Origin: an uncultured Cetobacterium sp.
Lineage (GTDB): Bacteria > Fusobacteriota > Fusobacteriia > Fusobacteriales > Fusobacteriaceae
Assembly: GCF_945952365.1 (NCBI RefSeq)
Contig: NZ_CAMFHX010000005.1
Coordinates: forward strand, 6,832 to 70,831
Length of the DNA stretch: 64,000 nucleotides
Direction of reading: 5' to 3'
The notes under the pieces: model-generated
The model's database searches: none
What the model saw: the letters and a program-made list of their open reading frames with translations, nothing else
Told to the model about the DNA's origin: nothing
Shown here: positions 20,053-29,582 of the stretch, in pieces
Position numbering within the stretch: position 1 is the stretch's first letter
Layout: each line of letters begins with the position of its first letter
Position numbers and translations under genes: made by a program

Positions 20053-23000
20053 CTACTTTATAACTAAAAATGATATCAACTCAAAATCATCCATGTTTTG
20101 TGCTGAGTTATTTAGAATAGTTTCTCCAAAGCTGAATAAGCTCTCTAGACCTTTCTCCTCTTCTTTTCCAATTATGTTTTGAACTGTTTTTTCCAAGAAG
20201 TTAGTAAACTTTTTCATATCTTTAGCTTCACTTGTTTCTGTATTAAACTGTGCTATTAAATCTGTATAAACCTTATCCTCTCCACTACAAACTTTCTTGT
20301 AAAGATCCAAGATTTTTTTACTTTGAATAAAGTTTAGTAAAACCTCTCCATCATCTTTTATATAAACTAGGAAATAAGGATTTAATGGATTATGCTCACT
20401 TGGCTTCAATTCATTATTAATCTGTTTTAAGCAGAATATAACCCCTTTTTCAGCTTCCTCTATATTACTTTTAGCAACAGCATACATTCCAGTTGATGTA
20501 TTTTCTAAAACCTCTTTATTCTTTTTCATATAGTTAACTAAATCCATTTTGAAATCATTAAATGTCAAATCTGTTATAGAGATTCCACCGCTTATGTCTT
20601 CTAAATCAACGACTTGCTCTTGAAGTTGATGTAGCTGCTTCTTTCTGTAATCTAAATCATTCATATTCTCACTGTCAGTTATTATGTTTTCCTCTCCAGT
20701 AGCAGACATATCTAGCATTACCATTCTTCCACTAACTCTAGCTTCTAAGTTGATATATTCATCCAACTCCATATTAGGCCAGAAGTTAACAAGTTGTATA
20801 ACTTCATTTTTAGATCCAATTCTATCAACTCTTCCGAACCTTTGAATAATACGAACAGGATTCCAGTGAATATCATAGTTTATTAAATAATCACAATCTT
20901 GTAAGTTTTGTCCCTCTGAAATACAATCAGTTGCAATTAAAATATCAATCTCAGGTAGATTTGATTCTCCTCTTTCTTTAGATCTTGGAGAGAAGTTTGT
21001 AAGAATTGTATTGAATTCATTTTTAATACCTTTTAAAGTACTTTTAGGATTGTCACTTCCAACTACAAGAGCTGAATGAATTCCTAACTCTTCAGAACAG
21101 TATTTTGAAATATTGTCATATAGATATTTTGCAGTATCCGCAAAAGCTGTAAAGACTATAACCTTTTTATTTTCTGAATTTAGTGGAGATTGTACTTTAT
21201 TAGTTATAAGTTTTTTTAACTCTAATAACTTTTTATCTCTTCCTGGATTTATTAAATAAGCCTCTTTTAAAAGCTTTTCTAAAATCTCCTTATCTTTTTC
21301 CAGTTCAGATTTCCATTTAATTTGATCAATATCTTTTAAAAGAACTTTAACTTTCTTACTTCCTATTAAAACACCATCTAATCTATTATCATCTATATCA
21401 ATCTCTTCAATATCAAAGTCTTCTACAATATCTTCACAACTATCTAATTTTTGTAATGCAGAATCTATATTTTTCAGTAACTTTGAAACTGTTAATCCAA
21501 ATGAGTAAATAGAACTTTCCATTCTTTTTAAGATATTTATTCTCATTAGGTGTACTAAACTTTCCTCTCTATCCACTTGCTTAAATACAGACTTTCCAGT
21601 TTTAGTATCATATTTTTTACTATATTCATCTATCTTACTAGGAAGAACATATTTAATAGAACAATAGATTGCTAAGTTTAAACTTCTTATCAATCTATTT
21701 AAATCTGGAAGAGGTATAAACTCGTTTAATTTATCTATGTCAGCTTTTATATTTATTGGTTTCAATCTTTCAGGGAATTTACCAATACTTGATGTATCAT
21801 AATACTTTTGAATGTGTTTTCTAGATCTAGCTATAGTAAGCATATCTAAAAGTTTAAAATAATCCATCTCTAAAAACTCTAAAAGAGTTTCTAACTTCTT
21901 TTTCTCTTCAGGTAGATCAGACCATCTGTTAAAAGCCATTTGAGCTTTTCTTAAAGTTTGCTCTATACTTTTTATTCCATGAATATTAAGAGCTGCATCC
22001 TCTCCCTCTGTTGCAAAAGCGATTTGATTTTTCAAATCGTTCATCTTATTGTTAACAGGAGTTGCAGAAAGCATCAGAACCTTTGTTTTAATACCTTTTC
22101 TAATAATTTGATTTAATAGTCTAGAATATCTAGTTTCTTTATCATCTTTTTTATTATTGTTATTTCTAAAGTTATGTGATTCATCTATAACAATTAGATC
22201 ATAATTTTCCCAATATATTTTCTCTAAATTTATTTCACCACTATATCCAGAGTATCTAGAAAGATCTGTATGATTTAACACATCATAGTTAAGTCTATCT
22301 TTTTCTAAAACATTATCTTTTCTATTTCCTTTATATGTCAGCCAGTTATCTCTTAACTTTTTAGGACATAGTACAAGAACTCTGTTGTTTCTTGATTCAT
22401 AATACTTTATTACAGCAAGAGCCTCAAAAGTTTTACCAAGTCCAACTGAATCAGCTAAGATACAGCCGTTATATTTTTCTAGCTTATCTATTGCTCCTAA
22501 AACGCCATCTTTTTGGAAATTATATAGTTTATTCCAAACAACACTCTCTTTAAATCCAGTTTTACTTTTTACAATATCCTCTTCACTTAGATTATCTAAG
22601 TAATCTTTAAAAATATTGTAAAGAGTAACAAAATAAATAAATTCTGAAGTGTTTTCTTTATAAACTCCCTCTAAAGTTTCTAATAGTGATTTTTTTACAT
22701 CTTTAACTTTTGAGGTATCGTTCCAAAACATATTAAATTGGTTAACCATTTGAGAGGTATACATGCTGTTTTTAACATATGTATTCATTTCAGGTTTAGA
22801 TGAGGCTACTAGTCCAAGTCCTCCAGAAGTGAAATCTGAACTTCCAATAATACAAGAACTTTCCTGTTTTTTATTCTCCATCAAATACATTTTTTGTGGA
22901 AGAGAATACTCTTCATCATAAGCTCTAACTTCTACCTTATTTCTAATCCAATCTGCACACTCTTTAGCTATCTCAGATTGTTTAAGTTCATTTTTAAGGC

Positions 23001-23268
23001 TCATTTCATATCTATCCCCAGCTAAGCCTCTTTCGTAACTTCCACTTAATTTAAACTCTCTGTTTATATCTTTTTTATCTTTTATAAAAGTTGGCTCAGA
23101 AAAAAGTAATCTTAAACTTTCTATTTTCCCTAACTCTTTTCTTAAGTGCTCATAGGCATAAATAGTGAAATATGCTGAGATAATAGAAACCTTTGTTCCT
23201 GATCTCAGATCATCCTTCAACTTATCTATAACCCTTCCATTGGTTTTATTATCTAAAAACTCCATCAA
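20053..23268 (-). CDS. PLD-like nuclease domain fused to SNF2-family helicase (1071 aa)
   Basis: N-terminal PLDc_2-like segment (VSIISAYFT...GSSDFTSGGL). SNF2 motif I ILADSVGLGKTFEA, motif II LIVIDESHNFRN, motif VI IIQRFGRVDRIGS. Confidence 0.75.
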   Translation of the reverse strand: MMEFLDNKTNGRVIDKLKDDLRSGTKVSIISAYFTIYAYEHLRKELGKIESLRLLFSEPTFIKDKKDINREFKLSGSYERGLAGDRYEMSLKNELKQSEIAKECADWIRNKVEVRAYDEEYSLPQKMYLMENKKQESSCIIGSSDFTSGGLGLVASSKPEMNTYVKNSMYTSQMVNQFNMFWNDTSKVKDVKKSLLETLEGVYKENTSEFIYFVTLYNIFKDYLDNLSEEDIVKSKTGFKESVVWNKLYNFQKDGVLGAIDKLEKYNGCILADSVGLGKTFEALAVIKYYESRNNRVLVLCPKKLRDNWLTYKGNRKDNVLEKDRLNYDVLNHTDLSRYSGYSGEINLEKIYWENYDLIVIDESHNFRNNNNKKDDKETRYSRLLNQIIRKGIKTKVLMLSATPVNNKMNDLKNQIAFATEGEDAALNIHGIKSIEQTLRKAQMAFNRWSDLPEEKKKLETLLEFLEMDYFKLLDMLTIARSRKHIQKYYDTSSIGKFPERLKPINIKADIDKLNEFIPLPDLNRLIRSLNLAIYCSIKYVLPSKIDEYSKKYDTKTGKSVFKQVDREESLVHLMRINILKRMESSIYSFGLTVSKLLKNIDSALQKLDSCEDIVEDFDIEEIDIDDNRLDGVLIGSKKVKVLLKDIDQIKWKSELEKDKEILEKLLKEAYLINPGRDKKLLELKKLITNKVQSPLNSENKKVIVFTAFADTAKYLYDNISKYCSEELGIHSALVVGSDNPKSTLKGIKNEFNTILTNFSPRSKERGESNLPEIDILIATDCISEGQNLQDCDYLINYDIHWNPVRIIQRFGRVDRIGSKNEVIQLVNFWPNMELDEYINLEARVSGRMVMLDMSATGEENIITDSENMNDLDYRKKQLHQLQEQVVDLEDISGGISITDLTFNDFKMDLVNYMKKNKEVLENTSTGMYAVAKSNIEEAEKGVIFCLKQINNELKPSEHNPLNPYFLVYIKDDGEVLLNFIQSKKILDLYKKVCSGEDKVYTDLIAQFNTETSEAKDMKKFTNFLEKTVQNIIGKEEEKGLESLFSFGETILNNSAQNMDDFELISFLVIK

Positions 23269-23339
23269 TTTCTCCCCTAATAAAATTTTTAATTTTACTT
23301 AATTATAACACTTTTTGATATTTCTTTTCAAATTTTTAA

Positions 23340-23372
23340 CAAAAAAATAGAGTGTGTATTTTCTCACACTCT
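23340..23372 (-). terminator. Rho-independent terminator after the helicase/PC4 operon
   Basis: Minus-strand hairpin AGAGTGTG-(loop)-CACACTCT followed by ATTTTTTTG. Confidence 0.5.
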
Positions 23373-23379
23373 CTTCACT

Positions 23380-23622
23380 TTATATATTTTCAAGTATTTC
23401 TAATTCTCTCTCTATCAAATCCTTTAATTTTCTTAACTCTTCTTCTGTTAATGTTATTCCTTTCCCCATTTTTTTATGTTCAGGATCCCAAGTTCTAATA
23501 TCATACTTTGGTTCTTCTCCATTCCAACTTATACGAGTTAATTCTTTTTTCCACCCCTTACTTCCCTCTGAGAGAATTCCCAATTCATTTAAAATTTCAA
23601 ATTTTAATTCTTGTTTACTCAT
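23380..23622 (-). CDS. PC4-like (YdbC-family) ssDNA-binding protein, 80 aa
   Basis: ISWNGEEPKYDIRTWDPEHKKMGKGITLTEEE matches the bacterial PC4/YdbC fold signature. Start overlaps the stop of the upstream 1615-aa gene. Confidence 0.55.
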   Translation of the reverse strand: MSKQELKFEILNELGILSEGSKGWKKELTRISWNGEEPKYDIRTWDPEHKKMGKGITLTEEELRKLKDLIERELEILENI

Positions 23623-23623
23623 T

Positions 23624-26600
23624 CTAAGCCTCCTTCATTTTTATTCTCCAAGCTTTTCTATTTCCTGTAGCTTTTGCTCCTCTTTTATCAAAAGTATATC
23701 CATAGTTTTCAGTCTGTAAAAACATCTCTACTTTTCCTTCTATTTCAGGAGTATAGATAATCCACAGCAATCCAGAACTCTCATTATTATCGATATATTC
23801 TATCTGGTGTTCATTTAAAAAAGTATATATGTTCTTTTTTTCTATTTTTTTCATCTCTTTTTCAAACGATAAATTTAATTGTAACTCCTTGCTATTATTT
23901 AAAGTTTCTATAATATTTTTTTGAATTCTTTCAACTTTTTCTGTTTCTTCTAATCCTAGGTTTACTTCTTTAATATCTAAAACATTCTCTTCTTTCACAT
24001 CTATAATTTCAGGATTTTTATAATTCTCTCTCCATTCTTCAAGAAGTTCTAAAGATCTATTTTTTATTTTATTTGTAATCTCCATCTCACTTTCTGTTTT
24101 TACAGCTCTAATATCCTCTGGATAAATCTCTCTTTTCTCCAACTCTTTTATCACATTTTCCATTGTTAAATCTTTATTTCTAAAGTATTTACTTCCTCTT
24201 ATTCTAATAAACTCCCAGCCACATCTCTCTAGTACTTCTTGACGCTCCATATCATTTCGAATTTGTTCTTCACTGCTATGCCATCTATCTCCATCACATT
24301 CGATTGCTACTCTTTTATTTCCATAAGAAATAACCATATCAATTCTATAGGCACCTACCTGCCATTGTTGTTCAATATTATAATTTCTAGCTGAAAGATA
24401 CTTTGCAACCTCTTCTTCAAAAATAGAGTCTGATTTTTTTTCAATATTCTCTCCTTGCATAAAATAATTTGGATTTTCTGCAAATTCTAAAAGTTCTCTT
24501 CTTATATCATCATTTTTTAAATCATTTAATTTATCCAGAGAGTGTACTATCCACATCTGATTTTTTGCTCTACTTGTCGCTACATTATATCTTTTCTTTA
24601 CTGAACCCTCTGCCCCATCACCTGTTTTTCTTAAAGGTCCATCCTCGTTTAGATTACTATCAACCATACTCAAAAATATAACATCTCTTTCATCTCCTTG
24701 AAAATGACTTGCATCTCCACAAAGAATATTATGTTTTTCTATTTTAGAGCTCCCTACTTTTTCTACCAGCAATTTTTGAATTACATCTACTTGCTCTTTT
24801 CCTAACAATGATATTACTCCAAATGATGAATTTTCATATATTTCTTCTTCTAAACAAGCACAAATCAAACTTACAATCGCTTCAGCTTCAACTATGTTAG
24901 TTTTACCATCTACTCCTCTTTCTCCTAAGACCCTATGATTTATAACAGCTGGTTTTAATTTAGAGCTATTAGCTTCTCTTAAAGGCTTTATTTTGTAGTC
25001 ATATGATGTTTTATTGCTATATGAAATAATTTCTGGAACACATCTAAAATGTTCTCTTAGCATTAAAGGTTGATATGTTGTTGAAGCAATTGAATATAAA
25101 GAGCTTTTAGTATCATATAAATCATAATTACTGATTCGTCCCTTCAAGTATTTTTCTCTCAATATATTTTCTTTTTCTATTTTTTGCCCTATTCCTAGAG
25201 GACTAACTTGCTTATCATCTCCAACAATTATTACTTTTTTAGCCATATATAATAATACCAATGAAGAAATATCCGATTGACTAGCTTCATCTATTATTAC
25301 TATATCGAATTTGTTTTTAGCAGGATTTAAAGTATCAATAACTTTACCCATAGGCATTATCCAAACTGGCACAGCTTTTTGACAACTTGATATTTTTTCT
25401 TTTGCTTGAGCTCGATACATTTCAACATTTTTTCCTGTTCCTTTACCCATTTTTTCAATTGTTTGCTTCCATCCTCTTAAAGCTTGACTTATTAATAAAT
25501 TATCTTTTCTCTCTACAAAACATAAAACATGATACCATGATTTTTTTTCAACTAATTTCAATGTCAATCTTTTCAAATTTAAAGACCTTTGCTTTAGTTG
25601 TTCTTGCAATTCTTCATAAGGCTCTTTTTCTAATTCCTCCATTTTTTTCGAAAGTTGACTCCATTTCCAAACTTCGTAAATATCTTCAATCTCTTCTTCG
25701 AAAGTTCCATTTTTTAAACTCATACAAAAATCCCTTGCTACAACTTCTATTTTGTTTAATAATTCGTGCTTTTTATTATATAGCACTCTTTTTTCTGACG
25801 TATTTTCTAATATCTGTAACCACCTAGCATACTCTTCATAATTCTCATTATAAATAGCCAACCTAATATTTGTTTCAATCATGGATGATTGCTTTGAATT
25901 TTTCAAAATTAAACTATAATATGTCGCATATTCTTTCTTTACTTTTAATAAGTTCATTCCAGCTTGAATTACCTTCAAGGTCTTTTCTAATTTATGACCT
26001 AGACTACAAATCATTTTGACTTGTTCAAACATAAATTCTGTTTTTTTATTATCTAAAAGATAGTCTATATTTAAACCTGCATCTTCTATATTTTTTAAAA
26101 AAATTTGCTTTTGATTTTTATTCCATTCTAGGAAATAGTTTAATTTATTTATGTAATTATAGGCATATTCTAAAAATTCATCCCCTTCTTTCTTAGAAAT
26201 TTCATTTATTTTTATCAATATATCCCATTTTTTCTTTAAATTTTGCTTTTCTTTTTCTATCTCTAAAAAGTTTAAAACTAATTCACAGTCTTCATTTGTT
26301 ACTATTTCTTTTCCATTATAATAAATTTTTCCCTTCAAATTATCTTTTGCTTTTTTTAAATTATTTTTAAACAAAAAACCCGGATTTTTTAAGGCTTCTT
26401 TAAATTTTTTCAAAAGTTCTATTCCTTCTGAAATGTCTATAAAATTATGCTCTATTATCTTATCAAAATATATTTTCCTACTTTTATCAACCAGATTATA
26501 AACTTCCTCAATATTTTTTATCAAATCTTTATAAAGATCCTTTTTTGAATTCTCATTACATCCTACTAATATAATTTCAAGTTGCCATTCTTCTATTTTT

Positions 26601-28471
26601 CTTAATTCCGAAGGAAGTAATTCATCTTTATAATTATATCTTTCATACTTTTCTAAATCTGCAATTTTTTCTCCTTCAATATACAAGATTTCCTCTTGAA
26701 AATTAAATCTTTTTTCTTCGATAATTTTTATAAATAAATTTTCTATATCACTTTTTTTATCTAATAGTTGCTTAAATTCATCTTTATTTTTAAAAACTTC
26801 TAACTCTGTTAAACCATTTTTTATTTCAGTTTCTTCTTCTTTTGTTATTTTGTTTTTATAATTATATAAAAATTTGAACTCTTCATTTGAGATTGGGCAT
26901 GCTTTTCCTACTGCTACTTCTCCTGTTATTTTATTTAATTCCTTTTCATTTTTTCTTAAGTAGTCTCCAATCTTTTTTACAGAAAAACCCTCGCCATTAT
27001 AAACAATTGATTGATTTTCTTTATACTTTATTGAATACATTTTGTTTTTTATCTCTTTTAATTCATTATACTCGTCCTTTCTTTTTTCTTCTAATATCTT
27101 AATTTCTCTTTTTAATTCCTGCGAATCTAAACGTCCTATATTTTCTGATATCCCATCTACCGAACGTTTCATATCTCCATTATCATCATCTAATACAGAT
27201 ATGCATAAATTTTGAATTTCTTCAGGTATTTTATCTTTTAAAACCTTTAGTGCTTTTTTAGTCTGACTTGTCACTAAAACATTTTTTCCTTGTGCTAAAA
27301 AATGACCTAGTAAATTTGCAATCGTATGAGTTTTTCCTGTTCCTGGTGGACCTTGAACTATAACTGCATTATTTTGATTTATTCTTTGAGCTATTTCTAT
27401 TTGCTCTTTATTCGACTCCTTTACAAATAAGATATCCTCAATAGGAGTTACTGATTTAGTATCTTTCTCTTGAAAAGTTTTTTCTGATTTTACAATTCCT
27501 ACTAATTCAGAAAGTTGAGTTGGTATATTTTCAAACTCTTGTACATCTTTAATTATTTCATCTATAGTCTTTAATATTCCATTCTCCCTTTTTCTTATAA
27601 AGAAAAACGGGTTACTTTCTATAATTAAACTATTTTTTGTCAGCGATTGCTCGTTTTCTACATCTTTTATATATATTCCATCTTTACTCAATTTATGAAT
27701 AAATTCTCTAAAAAAGCCACCTATTTCTACCTCTTTACAAATAGAGATATCTTTAATCTTTTTTTCTAATTCTAATACCCCTGTTAAATCAACCTCTTCT
27801 TCATTTAAAAAATCTGTATAAAGCATTATTGGATTTTTATCTTCTAAATCGGAAATTAATATTTTATTATTTTCTGCTTCAAAATTAATTCTTACTTTTT
27901 TTAATAAAATTGGATAGCAAATTCCACTTAATTCTTTCCTTAATATTCCATTTCCTAATAGTAATTCTAAATTTTCACTATCTCTATTCAGTTCTAAATA
28001 TCTAATATAAAAATTATCAAAAACATCTCGAACTTTTTGAATTATCCCTTGTTCATGAGTCCATTTTTTTCTTTTTTCTATCTCTAGTTCCAGTTTTAAC
28101 AATATCTCTTCTGGAATTTTAAAAATTTCACTAACAACTTCTTTATCTTCTACTCCAACATTTCTTTCAATCTCAATTATCTTTTCTGATTTTATAGTTA
28201 TCTTCGATCTATAATCTTTCCAATCTCCAACTATCCACTCTACTAATTCATTTTCTATAAATAATGGTTTCAATAAATGAGGTTTAGTTATTTCTAAAAA
28301 AATTCCATCTTCGTCAAAATTAACTTTAATGCTTTTATGCTCTGGTAAATTCTGTAAAAAATAACTCCATTTTTCTTTTTCTATATTTTTTAAAATATTT
28401 CTTGAATTTTTACTTATCTCTAAAAGGTAACTATATAATGATATTATTTTATCCTGCTCTTCTACTTTCAT
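23624..28471 (-). CDS. Large SF1 (Upf1/DNA2-like) helicase fused to a DUF559/Vsr-like endonuclease domain, with about 370-aa N-terminal and about 200-aa C-terminal regions of unknown function (1615 aa)
   Basis: Motif I VIVQGPPGTGKTHT; motif II DIVIIDEASQ; motif III VIIVGDDKQVSPLG; motif VI YNVATSRAKNQMWIVHS. DUF559-like RIDMVISYGNKRVAIECDGDRWHSSEEQIRNDMERQEVLERCGWEFIRIRG. Confidence 0.75.
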   Translation of the reverse strand: MKVEEQDKIISLYSYLLEISKNSRNILKNIEKEKWSYFLQNLPEHKSIKVNFDEDGIFLEITKPHLLKPLFIENELVEWIVGDWKDYRSKITIKSEKIIEIERNVGVEDKEVVSEIFKIPEEILLKLELEIEKRKKWTHEQGIIQKVRDVFDNFYIRYLELNRDSENLELLLGNGILRKELSGICYPILLKKVRINFEAENNKILISDLEDKNPIMLYTDFLNEEEVDLTGVLELEKKIKDISICKEVEIGGFFREFIHKLSKDGIYIKDVENEQSLTKNSLIIESNPFFFIRKRENGILKTIDEIIKDVQEFENIPTQLSELVGIVKSEKTFQEKDTKSVTPIEDILFVKESNKEQIEIAQRINQNNAVIVQGPPGTGKTHTIANLLGHFLAQGKNVLVTSQTKKALKVLKDKIPEEIQNLCISVLDDDNGDMKRSVDGISENIGRLDSQELKREIKILEEKRKDEYNELKEIKNKMYSIKYKENQSIVYNGEGFSVKKIGDYLRKNEKELNKITGEVAVGKACPISNEEFKFLYNYKNKITKEEETEIKNGLTELEVFKNKDEFKQLLDKKSDIENLFIKIIEEKRFNFQEEILYIEGEKIADLEKYERYNYKDELLPSELRKIEEWQLEIILVGCNENSKKDLYKDLIKNIEEVYNLVDKSRKIYFDKIIEHNFIDISEGIELLKKFKEALKNPGFLFKNNLKKAKDNLKGKIYYNGKEIVTNEDCELVLNFLEIEKEKQNLKKKWDILIKINEISKKEGDEFLEYAYNYINKLNYFLEWNKNQKQIFLKNIEDAGLNIDYLLDNKKTEFMFEQVKMICSLGHKLEKTLKVIQAGMNLLKVKKEYATYYSLILKNSKQSSMIETNIRLAIYNENYEEYARWLQILENTSEKRVLYNKKHELLNKIEVVARDFCMSLKNGTFEEEIEDIYEVWKWSQLSKKMEELEKEPYEELQEQLKQRSLNLKRLTLKLVEKKSWYHVLCFVERKDNLLISQALRGWKQTIEKMGKGTGKNVEMYRAQAKEKISSCQKAVPVWIMPMGKVIDTLNPAKNKFDIVIIDEASQSDISSLVLLYMAKKVIIVGDDKQVSPLGIGQKIEKENILREKYLKGRISNYDLYDTKSSLYSIASTTYQPLMLREHFRCVPEIISYSNKTSYDYKIKPLREANSSKLKPAVINHRVLGERGVDGKTNIVEAEAIVSLICACLEEEIYENSSFGVISLLGKEQVDVIQKLLVEKVGSSKIEKHNILCGDASHFQGDERDVIFLSMVDSNLNEDGPLRKTGDGAEGSVKKRYNVATSRAKNQMWIVHSLDKLNDLKNDDIRRELLEFAENPNYFMQGENIEKKSDSIFEEEVAKYLSARNYNIEQQWQVGAYRIDMVISYGNKRVAIECDGDRWHSSEEQIRNDMERQEVLERCGWEFIRIRGSKYFRNKDLTMENVIKELEKREIYPEDIRAVKTESEMEITNKIKNRSLELLEEWRENYKNPEIIDVKEENVLDIKEVNLGLEETEKVERIQKNIIETLNNSKELQLNLSFEKEMKKIEKKNIYTFLNEHQIEYIDNNESSGLLWIIYTPEIEGKVEMFLQTENYGYTFDKRGAKATGNRKAWRIKMKEA

Positions 28472-28928
28472 TCAAGACCCCTTTTTATATAAAATATTTT
28501 TTATTTAATTATAGCACTTTTTTATCTTTTTTTTCAATTCTTCTATTCCTATAAACAAACTAAAAAAATAACTTAACAAATTAATTTTCTCTCTAAAACC
28601 ATCTATAATCAAGACTTTATAGAAATTTTTCAAACACTTTTTTTGACCCACACCACTCTTTCTAAAGCGATATTTTTTCACCCATATCTAGAATAAGCCT
28701 CTTTTTTTAGCAATCCCTTAAAATAAAAATAAGAGCGTCATTTTTGCAAACTTTTGTTCTAATTTTAGTAAATTTCACTTTTTTATCTAAAAAACACTTA
28801 TAAAAAAGTATTTTGATCAAAATAGTTCATATATGAAGTCTTTTTTCTAACTCTAAACAATCTTTAATTTAATCAAAAAACCGCAGGCTTTTACCCACGG
28901 TTTTTAACAAATCTATTTAATTTTTTCT

Positions 28929-29474
28929 CTATCTTTTAACTTTTAAATCCCCTGATTTCATATCAATTATAAAATCTATATCTGGATAATCATTGATAAA
29001 TCTATTCAAAACACTAAATAAAACTTTCACTCTATTTGTCACTTTATTCTCTTCAATTTTGTTATTTAAAGATAGCTCATACATAGCTCTATACTCTTTC
29101 ACACGTTCATTTGAAACATCATTTAAAGCTAAATTTCCAGCATTTCTAAAACGATATAGATCTGTAACTAAATCCGTTCCATTCCACTTTTCTAAATCTT
29201 TAATTGTAACTCCATTTCTTTTTAAAATCTCTTCTGCACCCTTTTCATTTCCTACTGCTAAGAGGTTAAACATATCTTTTCCTGACATCGGTACAATATT
29301 CGTTTTAATATCCTCTGGCCAATCTTTTGGTAAGAATCTAAGCCTTACTAACTCTTGAATATGCCAATTTGTAAACTCTTTGTAATTTTTAGACTTTAAG
29401 ATATCCTTATTCCAAATATTTTTTGCTCCTGATTTTTCTAGTTGAATATACTCTTTTTCATAGTGCTCAAACAA
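28929..29474 (-). CDS. Hypothetical protein (181 aa), probable TTG start
   Basis: ORF begins right after an in-frame stop at 29484-29486, next to the IS right end. No recognisable motifs. Confidence 0.35.
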   Translation of the reverse strand: MFEHYEKEYIQLEKSGAKNIWNKDILKSKNYKEFTNWHIQELVRLRFLPKDWPEDIKTNIVPMSGKDMFNLLAVGNEKGAEEILKRNGVTIKDLEKWNGTDLVTDLYRFRNAGNLALNDVSNERVKEYRAMYELSLNNKIEENKVTNRVKVLFSVLNRFINDYPDIDFIIDMKSGDLKVKR

Positions 29475-29486
29475 CTCAGTGAACTA

Positions 29487-29508
29487 CTCCCACTTATAGA
29501 AGTGGGAG
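29487..29508. repeat. IS right-end subterminal hairpin, within the probable omega-RNA scaffold region downstream of the tnpB stop
   Basis: Perfect 9-bp stem CTCCCACTT-ataga-AGTGGGAG. More palindromes at 29521-29540 and 29558-29572. Confidence 0.5.
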
Positions 29509-29582
29509 CTTCTTGGGAAGTACTTAACTAGTGTTAAGTATATTGACCAAGCTCTATGGGTAGTTCCTACCCTGTATATATT

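Noticed and set aside
28929-29474. Idea that the 181-aa ORF is the C-terminal remainder of the gene truncated by the IS (the continuation of the 60-aa signal-peptide fragment)
   Set aside because: The ORF is preceded by an in-frame stop at 29484-29486 and starts (TTG) outside the IS end. It shows no metallophosphoesterase motifs (GDxxDRG, GNHE) that would continue the N-terminal fragment. A relationship is possible but unsupported.
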